Assembly (NCBI GenBank): GCA_000002435.2
Contig: CM018793.1
DNA length: 64,000 bases
Direction: 5' to 3' (one strand)
Origin: Giardia intestinalis
Taxonomy: Eukaryota
The translations under genes were made by a program, and so were the position numbers. This document shows positions 10,458-20,200 of the stretch, in pieces (position 1 is the first letter of the stretch; each line of letters opens with the position of its first letter). Under the pieces are notes generated by a model that saw nothing but the letters and a program-made list of their open reading frames with translations, did no database searches and was not told where the DNA came from.

Positions 10458-13400
10458 ATGGCCAATGAATTTGCCACTTATTATTTTCAAAAACAGCAAT
10501 CCATGCCTCCTAAGCAGCCAAAACTTCCTCCTCAGGAGAGGGATGCCGGTCGCAGCATTTCTATGCCTGCTAGGGTTAATGCTGCAGAATCTGGGCACGA
10601 AAAAAAGGATTGCAAGCTGAAGGGACCCCCAGCCCATTTGCCAAAGATAGGTTCCCCTGCTGCAGATACTCACTTAGCTAGACTACCTAGCCCCTTGGCT
10701 TCTCCTAGCACGTCACCGACTGTGCCTCTAGGTCCCTCTTTAGCTGGAAGTGAAAGGGACCCAAACATTCCCAGGCTGGGAACACCAACCGCATGTTCTG
10801 AAGACTCTCCTCAAATAACTAATAAGCACGAAGTTACTCCTGAGTCACATGATTTATGCACTACCCCACTTAGTCCAGATATTCAGTTCGATGGCGAATC
10901 CCCTCGAGACCGTACCTCTCCGAAGCCGCTCTCCTCCAGCTTTGTAAAGCGGAAGTACAAGCAAAGCATCGAAAAGTATAAGAGCTCAAAGATGAATCCT
11001 CCTCCGCCTAAGCTGCATCTAGCAGACCTTCCTCCAACGCACCCAGATCATCGAAATCCTAAAGATTACCTGGAGCGTCTGAGAACCCCGAGTCCGGTGT
11101 TGCTTACTCCATCTCCTCTTTCTCATACTGTAACGCGAAATAACACGCCGGTAACTAGCAACCAGGACCAAATGGAGGAACGCCTTTTGACACCAGTGGA
11201 GTCGCTGACCGATTGTCTTACTCTCAGCCCTCAACTATCCGGCTCTCAGCGCCCACAGCTTAACGACAAAGCTAGACCTCGCTCGCCTTATGATAGTAAG
11301 GTCATAGAGGACCTCATCCTGGAACGGCTCGTTACTCCTGAGCTTGTGAGCCACGGGAAAGCACAGTCGCTCGATAAAGAGTTCCATTTTCCAAACTGTG
11401 ATGAGGACTCTTCGGCCGCCGCATTCAAGATGGATGCATCCTTTGTTTCCCGCTTGGAGACTCCAGGGGGGATGTCCTTCTCGAGACCTTTTTCTCGGTT
11501 GAATAGTAACATTCCCTTTTACATGCCCGATGCAGAGAACTACCCTGAAAACGGCATACCAGATATTGCGGACTATGACGACAATCTAATATCGCTAAAC
11601 GATTGTCCACAAGACTATTCCACGATTGTCCCTGCACCGGCTCGTCCAGCGGATGCTTCTTATTCAGCCCCATCGTCCATAGTTCATGATTCTCTTGAGG
11701 GTAGTATCTCTGTTCATAATAGACTTCAGCCAGGAAAGCATCCTATGCAATATATTGATAGCCTTCCAGCAGTAGAGAGTAGCTGTACCGCTGATGATGA
11801 GAAGGTGACGGTTAATGCAACTGGACAAAATAGATATCCAGTGGACCGAGATGCTGAGGCTTGTCTGGAAACATTTGACTTACTTATTCCAGAGACACGG
11901 AAAGATAACCAATCTATCTATAAGCGCGCAACACTTAACATTCCAAGTAAGAATATCTGTAGAATCTGTCGCTACCCCCTCTACAAGCCAGTAGTACTGA
12001 ACTGTGCACACACATTTTGTGCAGAGTGCATGTACTACTCTCTCCTACTATGGGAGGGCAAGTGTCCCATCTGCGATGCTCATGTTTCTCATTTGCCACA
12101 CGTCGATGAGACAATTTCAGAACAACTGGCTTCACAGCTGGGACTTCAAGTACATCTGGGTGTGGGGGATGTTGCCCGTGTGCTCGTACCAAGCGGGAAA
12201 ATAGCGACATACTCATGTGGAATTATTACTGCCATCCAGGACGGCTTTAGCTTCGAGAGTGCCGATGGAATCCATGTTCGTTCTACCCAGGTGTCAAGCA
12301 TAACAACAAAGCAGGTGCAGCAGAATAATAAGTGCTCTGGTATGCCATGCAAGATAGCTACGGTTCAATGCGGGTCCTCAATCTGGCTTGGTCGGCTGCA
12401 TGACCTTTTACTTGTGGATCCACAAACGCTCCCTCTAGGAACGCGGCTTAACACCAGGTCTCTCTGCATACCTGACTCCGCTGCCCCCAATCTTATCAGT
12501 GCTTTGTCTATAGAACCACCCCTAGGCAGTTCAGACTATGACAAGAAGGAGCAAACCGCTTTGGAAAGTGGTCCTATTAATTATATAGAACCCCGGTTTC
12601 TGCACACTTTCAAACATATGCTCAACAATCTGTCAGAAGGAACGTCTATGTACATGCTCCTAGAAGAGTCTTTTGGATCGGATAAGACCACTCTTTTTTC
12701 AACCACTTTGGAGAAGATAGAGGGTCCTCCGACCAGCTCCCTACTACGTATTTGCACAGACCTTTCCGAATGGCTTTTGATGCCTGCTATTTGTTGTGTT
12801 AATTGTAAGATGGTTGCGCAACTACCAATCCAACTCCAATGCGGGTGCCTATCGTGTATGATTTGTTCCTTTGATTGCTACCATCACGGCTGGCCCTGCT
12901 TTGGTTGCGGGGCACCCATCACATTTCTAGGTCTAAGCTTTAGCAGACTACGTGCTAACCCCCAGACTAGTGCGCAATACAATCTTCCTCTGAAGGACTT
13001 GAAACCCCTCGGGGTTATTCCAATGGACACAAAGATTTTACTGGCGATATCAGGCACAAAAGCAGGGAACCCCTATCTGAGCAAATACTTCCCTGTCCAC
13101 GTTCTTCAGGACTCTGGAACAGATTCATCGTTCGGGCTTTTGCTGACAGAGCCGAGCGAGAAGACGGCAAAGGTAATGCTCAAGTCTGGAACAGTGCTCA
13201 CAGTCGATGTCAGTCGAATCCGGCATATTCCTTTAGACTCTGTGCGATTAGCACTTCGTGTCCAAACGCCACTGACTGTCACATTTAATCTTCAAACGGA
13301 AAGCTCTGCACCAGCCCAACTTCCGCTGCTATGTCTGACAGATATGGCTGTACCCAGACAATTTGTTACTAGGCTCGGAAGACACAAGAGCACAACCGCA

Positions 13401-14669
13401 GACGATCGATCTATCACATCACTGTCCATCTTTACCATGGTCTATAACACCGATAGTTTTCTGCATCAAATGCGTGTCTTAGTTGACGAGATCAATGCCC
13501 ACAATAAGGAAGTACGTCGCGCACGTTTGCATGCGAAATACAAAGTAGAGTACACTGCGCGAATAGGCAATGGAGAGCCTCCTATACCAGAAGAAGAAGG
13601 CCAGCGGTCCGACCTGCCTATCCCCACAACAACTCTGCAAGAAGCAATGGCTCTGTCCCAAAATGAGTATTTCAACGAACAATTCAATGACCTTACCAAG
13701 CGCCAGGAGGAGATTGAGCGAGAGCTACGCCTATTTGGCATTCTAGAATGCAGCAGACTGTCAAACTACATTAAGCTTTTGTCTAGCTTCGCTATTTCTG
13801 AGTTTATCTGCACTGCCTGTACACGCATAGCCATACGACCTGTGCGGCTTCCATGCAATCACCTAGCGTGCAAGACCTGTGCAGCAATATACTATGTCTC
13901 GCAAACTCCGTGTCTAATGTGTGGTAGGCTCTTAGAAAATATTGCCGATGCTAAGTCAGACCTCAGGACCTTCCAAAAGATTTGTAGTCATATCCCAGGA
14001 AAGCTGCATACAGAGCAAGTAGATTGTGGGGCCTATGTTTGTAAGCCAGCAAATCGTAACATAGGCGTGGGAATCGTTCTAAATACTATGAGTCGGGGAG
14101 GCATCATTTTCGCGACCGTTGGTTTTGTTCGGTCTATTGAGACATTCCGCCTGGCCGAGTTAGCTGTTCTTCTTCCTGTTATGGAGCTTTGCCAAGTTAA
14201 TGGGACAAAGAGCTCTGACACCCCTATGCCGATTGAAAACCCTAGTGATACGATTGGGCAGGCATGCATTGTGGTCGCTGATGGGCCTTATAAGGACATT
14301 CTTGGCCTCATCGTGAGGAAGAATGGCCCGAAAGGAAAGGTGACACTTACTGTAGTTCTGGAGGTAGGGATCGTGGTACCATTCAGCCCTGCAGACTTGC
14401 ACATCATCAAACTGATGGGTCCGCTTTGCAATTACTCTAAGTTTCGAATGTATGCTCAAATGGCTGAGAAGAGCTTCATAGCTCAAGAACGACATGCATT
14501 CAGTGTCGAGGTGGAAGCAGCTGTGCAGAAAGAGCTGGAAGTCACCACTAATCTATGCCTGGCTGGAAAGGCACCTCCGCCACCACGAACGGTCTACTCT
14601 TGCTTGCCACGAATGAATGTGGTGAGCACCAAGAGATTTTCGTCCCGCTCAAACCATTCCAGGCCATAA
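10458..14669 (+). CDS. large multi-RING-finger protein (putative E3 ubiquitin ligase), S/P-rich N-terminus
   Basis: C3HC4 RINGs CRICRYPLYKPVVLNCAHTFCAECMYYSLLLWEGKCPICDAH and CTACTRIAIRPVRLPCNHLACKTCAAIYYVSQTPCLMCGRLL, plus a third Cys-rich finger CCVNCKMVAQLPIQLQCGCLSCMICSFDCYHHGWPCFGCG; N-terminal 330 aa rich in SP/TP with repeated RLxTP motif. Confidence 0.75.
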   Translation: MANEFATYYFQKQQSMPPKQPKLPPQERDAGRSISMPARVNAAESGHEKKDCKLKGPPAHLPKIGSPAADTHLARLPSPLASPSTSPTVPLGPSLAGSERDPNIPRLGTPTACSEDSPQITNKHEVTPESHDLCTTPLSPDIQFDGESPRDRTSPKPLSSSFVKRKYKQSIEKYKSSKMNPPPPKLHLADLPPTHPDHRNPKDYLERLRTPSPVLLTPSPLSHTVTRNNTPVTSNQDQMEERLLTPVESLTDCLTLSPQLSGSQRPQLNDKARPRSPYDSKVIEDLILERLVTPELVSHGKAQSLDKEFHFPNCDEDSSAAAFKMDASFVSRLETPGGMSFSRPFSRLNSNIPFYMPDAENYPENGIPDIADYDDNLISLNDCPQDYSTIVPAPARPADASYSAPSSIVHDSLEGSISVHNRLQPGKHPMQYIDSLPAVESSCTADDEKVTVNATGQNRYPVDRDAEACLETFDLLIPETRKDNQSIYKRATLNIPSKNICRICRYPLYKPVVLNCAHTFCAECMYYSLLLWEGKCPICDAHVSHLPHVDETISEQLASQLGLQVHLGVGDVARVLVPSGKIATYSCGIITAIQDGFSFESADGIHVRSTQVSSITTKQVQQNNKCSGMPCKIATVQCGSSIWLGRLHDLLLVDPQTLPLGTRLNTRSLCIPDSAAPNLISALSIEPPLGSSDYDKKEQTALESGPINYIEPRFLHTFKHMLNNLSEGTSMYMLLEESFGSDKTTLFSTTLEKIEGPPTSSLLRICTDLSEWLLMPAICCVNCKMVAQLPIQLQCGCLSCMICSFDCYHHGWPCFGCGAPITFLGLSFSRLRANPQTSAQYNLPLKDLKPLGVIPMDTKILLAISGTKAGNPYLSKYFPVHVLQDSGTDSSFGLLLTEPSEKTAKVMLKSGTVLTVDVSRIRHIPLDSVRLALRVQTPLTVTFNLQTESSAPAQLPLLCLTDMAVPRQFVTRLGRHKSTTADDRSITSLSIFTMVYNTDSFLHQMRVLVDEINAHNKEVRRARLHAKYKVEYTARIGNGEPPIPEEEGQRSDLPIPTTTLQEAMALSQNEYFNEQFNDLTKRQEEIERELRLFGILECSRLSNYIKLLSSFAISEFICTACTRIAIRPVRLPCNHLACKTCAAIYYVSQTPCLMCGRLLENIADAKSDLRTFQKICSHIPGKLHTEQVDCGAYVCKPANRNIGVGIVLNTMSRGGIIFATVGFVRSIETFRLAELAVLLPVMELCQVNGTKSSDTPMPIENPSDTIGQACIVVADGPYKDILGLIVRKNGPKGKVTLTVVLEVGIVVPFSPADLHIIKLMGPLCNYSKFRMYAQMAEKSFIAQERHAFSVEVEAAVQKELEVTTNLCLAGKAPPPPRTVYSCLPRMNVVSTKRFSSRSNHSRP

Positions 14670-14709
14670 GAGCATAGGCGTCCGTGTGTTTACTTGGTAG
14701 CGATAAGCA

Positions 14710-15939
14710 TCACATCGCCTGGCACTGCGCACCACCGCTGCCCTGCACCTCATCGTCATCGCCACGGCCTGTGTCATATGCGTTTCGGGAGCTAGTTGCT
14801 TGCGCCTTAGTTCTGATGTTCGGATCCTTGTACTTGAGATGGAAGGTCGTCACACCGTCATGTTTCAGGGTCTTAGCGAGCTCAATGGACTGTCTCGTCG
14901 CAGGCGTCGCCAGGATGTCCATGATCTTCATGCGCTGCTCTTCAGTTAATAACTTAGGCTCCACAACATTGAACGTGATGAAGAGAGTACCGGTTTCGTG
15001 ACTGAGACCTTGCACCGGCATGCCAAGGCCTTCACAGGCCAGAACTTTGCCTTGTCGCACTGGTTCATTGGGTGGCACGTAGATTGTCACCTTTTCCTTG
15101 TTTAGATGAGTAAAGGTATAGGAGAAACCGCAAAGAGACTCTTCCAGAGATATGTCTTTTGTCATGAACAGATCTGCCTCCTTTCGCGTGTAAATCTTAT
15201 GTGGGACCTGTTTGACAATGATGACTAGATCGCCTGCGGTGCAGTCAGGAGCCCAGTCGCCTTCGCCGTAATGAGGGATCTGGAAGCCATCAAACGCTCC
15301 CGGCTCGATGTGGACGTCAATCTTTGCCATATCTACCATTACGCGCTTGCCCTTGCACTTCGGGCAGATGAGTGACGGATCGGTGATGCGTTCTCCTGTC
15401 CCGCTGCATGACTTACAGGTCGTTTGGCGCTGCGTAATCATGGGCCCCATCTGCTGCGTGATAACAACGACTCCGTTACCCTTGCAATCGGGGCATTTCT
15501 TGATGGCGTCTGCCGTCTTGCCACCTACGCCGTTACACTGCGAGCACTGACGCTGGCGCTTTACGGAGACAGACGTGCGCTTTCCGGTGTAGAGCTCTTC
15601 GAGGGTACAGGAGACTTCCTGTCCAATCGGCTGGCATTGCTTGGGGCCACGGTTGGAAGAACGGCCTCCACCCGTGAACATGCTGAAGATGTCGAACGGG
15701 CTGCCGGACATTGGCTGGCCTTCTATGCCCTTCTCGCCATAGTTGTCGTAGTTTTCACGCTTGGTTGGGTCGGAAAGCACCTCGTAGGCCCGTCCGATTT
15801 TCTTGAAGAGCTCCTCATCGCCCGTAGGCTTGTCCGGGTGGTACTTTTGCGCAAGCTTGTAGTACGCCTTCTTGATGGTCTGTGGGTCCGCCGAGGGGGA
15901 CACGCCGAGCAAGTCGTAAAACTCTGTCTCCTTGACCAT
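14710..15939 (-). CDS. DnaJ/Hsp40 type I chaperone with CaaX box
   Basis: J domain [31 protein letters not shown]; G/F region; four CxxCxGxG zinc-finger repeats; C-terminal CQAM (farnesylation motif). Confidence 0.9.
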   Translation of the reverse strand: MVKETEFYDLLGVSPSADPQTIKKAYYKLAQKYHPDKPTGDEELFKKIGRAYEVLSDPTKRENYDNYGEKGIEGQPMSGSPFDIFSMFTGGGRSSNRGPKQCQPIGQEVSCTLEELYTGKRTSVSVKRQRQCSQCNGVGGKTADAIKKCPDCKGNGVVVITQQMGPMITQRQTTCKSCSGTGERITDPSLICPKCKGKRVMVDMAKIDVHIEPGAFDGFQIPHYGEGDWAPDCTAGDLVIIVKQVPHKIYTRKEADLFMTKDISLEESLCGFSYTFTHLNKEKVTIYVPPNEPVRQGKVLACEGLGMPVQGLSHETGTLFITFNVVEPKLLTEEQRMKIMDILATPATRQSIELAKTLKHDGVTTFHLKYKDPNIRTKAQATSSRNAYDTGRGDDDEVQGSGGAQCQAM

Positions 15940-16041
15940 GGGCCCTTATCAATTATTTTTTTGCAATTGATTTGATCTTTCGAATATATTGGCACAGACG
16001 GCCCAATATAGGCTCGCCAATTTACTCTGGTGTCTGGGAGA

Positions 16042-16362
16042 TCAGAAAACGACACTGCCCTTAGACTTCTTTGTGGCACCCAAGCGGCTAATCTCGAGGC
16101 GGTGACAGCGCTTCAGAACCTGGAACGTCTGGCACTTGCAGGATGAGCACGTGAGCCTGATGACTTGCTTCTTTGTTGTCTTGGCCTTCCTGCGGAAGAT
16201 GGGCTTGGTCTGACCACCAAAACCTCTTTGCTTGCGGTCGTAACGTCTCTTACCTTGGGCTAAGAGAGAGTCCTTGCCCTTCTTGTAGAGCGATGCCTTG
16301 TGAACGGTGTGCTTTCCCTCGCGCTTGCAGAAGGTCCTGCGCTCTGCCGGATATGTCACCAT
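16042..16362 (-). CDS. 60S ribosomal protein L44e (eL42 / L36a)
   Basis: 106 aa; [58 protein letters not shown] matches the eL42 family end to end. Confidence 0.9.
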   Translation of the reverse strand: MVTYPAERRTFCKREGKHTVHKASLYKKGKDSLLAQGKRRYDRKQRGFGGQTKPIFRRKAKTTKKQVIRLTCSSCKCQTFQVLKRCHRLEISRLGATKKSKGSVVF

Positions 16363-16489
16363 GTCCTTCGGCCGCTGCTGTTAAGTAGCATGCAAAGCTA
16401 ATTCAATTTGCATTTATTTTTTTGGATTTTAGGTGCGGCAGCGAATCCATATTAAATTGAAATATTGGAGCATTAATCAACTCCTCGGG
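16363..16489. promoter_or_regulatory. 127-bp AT-rich divergent spacer between the L44e and S19e genes (putative bidirectional promoter)
   Basis: Both genes start at its edges on opposite strands; contains aaatttgcatttatttttttgg and attaaattgaaatattgg A/T tracts. Confidence 0.45.
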
Positions 16490-16909
16490 ATGTCGTCCGT
16501 CACAAGGGTTCCCGCAGACGTTTTCATCAACAGCTTCGCGGCTCACCTCAAGAACCGCGGTATAATAAAGTGCCCCGCGTTCACAGACTACGTTAAGACG
16601 GGCGTCTCGCGCCAGTACGCCCCCAGGGACGCCGATTGGTTTTACATCAAGGCGGCCTCCGTCATCAGGCACTTCTACATCTCTGGGAGCCATTCCATCG
16701 GCGTGGCTGGGCTGGCCCGAAAGTACAGTAGCCTCCAGAAGGGCAAAACCACCCCGCACCACACAAAGAGAGCCAGCTGCAAGGTCATCAGGTCTATAGT
16801 CTCTCAGTTCCTCGGCCAGAAGCTCCTCATAGCCGGCGAGAGGGGCCGCCACATCTCTCCGAACGGGCGAAAGATGGTCGAGGACTTTGCAGAGGGCCTC
16901 CAAAAATAA
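16490..16909 (+). CDS. 40S ribosomal protein S19e
   Basis: VPADVFINSFAAHLKNRG...PAFTDYVKTG...RDADWFYIKAASVIRHFY...GKTTPHHTKRASCKVIRSIVSQ matches eS19; first ATG at 16490 (ORF-track 16433 extension rejected). Confidence 0.9.
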   Translation: MSSVTRVPADVFINSFAAHLKNRGIIKCPAFTDYVKTGVSRQYAPRDADWFYIKAASVIRHFYISGSHSIGVAGLARKYSSLQKGKTTPHHTKRASCKVIRSIVSQFLGQKLLIAGERGRHISPNGRKMVEDFAEGLQK

Positions 16910-17224
16910 ATGGAAGTAAACGGGCCGAGAAAGCGCCTTCGCTCTTCTTCCCAGAGAGAGGTTTCCCAAGAGGTCGACGTGGCGGACCTGCTGCAGAAAA
17001 CGCGGCAGATTCGGCGGCTCACAGGCGTGATACACGAGACGGTAGAGGCGCAAACAGAGCTACTCGGTGATGCCAGCAGCGAGCTTGCACATATCCAGAG
17101 TGGAATGGAAGCGATGACCGCAGGAATAAAGAAGGCTCGGCGGTACATCATGACGCACCCCAGACGCTCTATCTGCACCACTCTGCTTATTATCTTGGTC
17201 TTGCTGTACATGGTTCTCCATTAG
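16910..17224 (+). CDS. tail-anchored Qc-SNARE (Bet1/Sft1-like)
   Basis: 104 aa; SNARE heptad region IHETVEAQTELLGDASSELAHIQSGMEAMTAGIKKARRYI with zero-layer Gln; C-terminal TM ICTTLLIILVLLYMVL. ATG immediately follows the S19e TAA. Confidence 0.5.
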   Translation: MEVNGPRKRLRSSSQREVSQEVDVADLLQKTRQIRRLTGVIHETVEAQTELLGDASSELAHIQSGMEAMTAGIKKARRYIMTHPRRSICTTLLIILVLLYMVLH

Positions 17225-17230
17225 GACTGT

Positions 17231-20200
17231 TTACTGCATGAACTCCAGCGCAAGCAGACTGCCAGCATCAGCGCTGATGACCATGGAATTATTCAAGACC
17301 GCACTACATAGGATGCGCCCAGAATCAATTGTGAGTGTCTGCACGCACTCTGGCGTTGTTGCTCTGATGTCCCACAGCTTGATAGAGCCGTCCTCACAAG
17401 TGGAGATCATCATGTCTCTGTTCATAAACACGCTTACAACGCCTTTTGTAACGCTTGCAGGGCTGTTAGTGACGAACAAGCATCGTGACTTTGCCTTTCC
17501 CTGGTCAAGATTGTCGAGTCGCATGTCCCACAGACGGACGGTTCCGTCTGCACTCCCTGTAACGCACAGTTCCGAGTGCTCCTTGCAAATATAGCAGCTG
17601 AGGAGGACGTCTGGGTGTCCAAGGCACCTTGCGCGCTCCCGTCCCTCAATCAAATCCCAGCAAATCGCAGAGCAGTCGCGGCTTCCGGTCAGAGCATATG
17701 AAGAGCAAGTGTCAGCACACGTAGCCTTTGCTGTGTGTGTTCCGAGCATTGCGGAGTTGCCATCCATTGGACTCCACTCCATAATGACTCCAGAGTCCCC
17801 GCCACTCACCACGCATCGCCTCTCTTTGTCTGCCAGCACAGAGATGCAGGACACTGATCCATTAGGATAAGCAATTAGCTGATAGGGGTCCCCAACACTG
17901 GGCCAGGCCGCAAGATAGCCCTTATCATTTCCTGCGCAGAGCAAGTTGCCACCAATCGTCGAGCAAGTCACACCTGGGCATTCTATTACGTCCTCTGCCG
18001 CAATAATATCAAAGGCTCCTTTAATGGTGCTCGCCTTATTGAAGTCGTCGCGGCTCAATGGCTTAACTTTCCATATGCGCAGAAATGCCCCGTCGGATCC
18101 AACCACAAAACCAAACATGGGATCCACGCTTACCTTGTCAAAGTACATATTTGAAAGAGTTGCCTGGTCAAAGATTGAGCGCTGTACACATAGTAGTTCT
18201 TTCCAAGCACTTGCATTAAAGCTTGACTGAGGCGGGATAGCCTCCACAAGATCATGAAGAGATGACGCAATAACGGCCGCATTGGTACACTGCACGCTAG
18301 ATCGTCTGGCAGCATTTGCCATGTGTCGCTGATCACTCTTAGGCTGAAGGTGCTCTGTCGTTAGAAGGCTTTGCGATACATTTATTGGCCTCCCACCCGA
18401 CGCGGCGTCCTGCTGCGGACCTTGTGAATTTATATTTATCATTGAACTAGATGCAACCTTGTTGGCAGAAGACGATTGCTGAAGATCGTGGAAGATTGCC
18501 ACTATTTCATCATAGGTGTAGCCCCTTGTCTGCTCTAAAAGCGCAACGCGTACCTCCAAGGATGAAATGATACTCGTCTTCTTTTCTAGCTCTTCGCGCA
18601 TCGCCTCCATCCGAGTGCTCAGTTCTCCGAACAGAGTTTTCGTTGAGCCGCCCACGGCATCCTGGCGAAGCCGCAGCATCTCGTCTCCCAGCTTTTGCTG
18701 GCTATCAATGAGATTCTTTATGGAGATTGATGACGCAGTAGCTTCCTTTGTTAAACGGGACACAATACTTTTTAGTTTCTTCACTGTGTCCTCCAATGCC
18801 CTTGAATCACCGCCGCCCGGGGTGGAGCAAAACGAAGAAGTGGCAGAAAGGACACCGTCTTCTCCAGTGGTGATAATCCCAGCAACACACTTTGTTGCTT
18901 CTACATTTGAAAGGAGGTCCGCAAGCCTTGACTCACAAGAAGTCAGCCGCTCGCTATACTCATCGAATATGTGCTCAACTCTTTCCTTAGTTGCTGTAGA
19001 GTCACTCTTTAGATCGTCCTTTATAATGTCTATATATCCATAGCACTTGTCAAAGAGGACCTCAAGGTCACTAGCGTTGCTTAGAGACTTGCCAAAGTCT
19101 CGCGGTGGTATCTCTGTAGCAGAGCTGCATGAGGACGCAGCTATTGAGGCAACATCCGCCTCTAATTTGATAATCTTGCGATTCTGCTCCTCTATCACTT
19201 GCTCTGCACTGTCGTTGGCCCTTCGAAGCCCTTCGATATCTATGTTAGCGTCAGTAATCATCCTACGGATCCCCTCGGTATTAGCCTCTATCAGTGCTCC
19301 CGATGTTGCTTCAATAAGATCTTTTGTGGCAACCATACATTCTGCTATTATTTCATCCCTAGAGTTTCTATCAAGGCATGTTTGCTTTTCCTTAGCTATA
19401 GATTCGGATACAGTGGCATGCACTTTGGAGAGATCGTCCCGAAGGGAGGAGATCAGCGTGGTAAGTTCTAACCTTAAGTCGCCGACCGCCTTTGCTATGA
19501 CTGGAGCTGAGGTGTTTTGAATAAAAAGCAGCGATGTGTCGTCGCGCTTCAGGACGTCGTCAGTCCCCTCTGCAAGGAGCTTTTTCTCGATGAGATCTTG
19601 TCTTGCAACGTGTCTGTCAGTAAGTTCAGACAGCTCTTTCGTTCGTGTGTCCAAGGCAGATAGAAGCGAGTCCATCCGTTGACACTTGGCTTGGACCTCG
19701 TTGAGGTCATAACTAACTATGTACTTAACAGCCTCTTGCATAGAGCACTGGCGCCCATTCTCGCCTTCGCAGAACTGATGGACTTGAGTACTAAGCTGGT
19801 CCAATAACTCGTTTATATTTGAAACTGCCTGTCGCGTCTCAGTTATAGTTTTGCTATTATGCGCTGATGTCGATTCCAGATTGAGGATGCGAAGCTCGTG
19901 GGATTGGACGTCCGTTTTGAGGACATATTTAGCAGAGGACGTCTCCAAACGCTGTACTGTGGAGTTGATGCCCTTTATTGTTTCAAATGCAGTGTCGATG
20001 TCCAACTTGAGTGCATCCTGTACCCCGTTGCACTGAAGGCGAGCACTTGTCAGAATCTCAGACTGAGTCTTTGTGAGCTCTCCTTGGAGGAGCTTGCGGC
20101 ACTCACCCATGATTTCCGATTTTATTATCTCAGGGTGAAAAGTCTGTTGCCGTTGGGAAGCAGCAGTCGATGATGCAATATTAGCTGCGCGTGAAAGCCC

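Noticed and set aside
15424-15975. 183-aa ORF on the plus strand
   Set aside because: It is antisense to the DnaJ gene, again a GC3-rich artefact.
16403-17211. Minus-strand ORFs of 216 aa (16403-17053) and 135 aa (16804-17211)
   Set aside because: They lie antisense to the well-supported S19e gene and the SNARE-like ORF, with no domain content.
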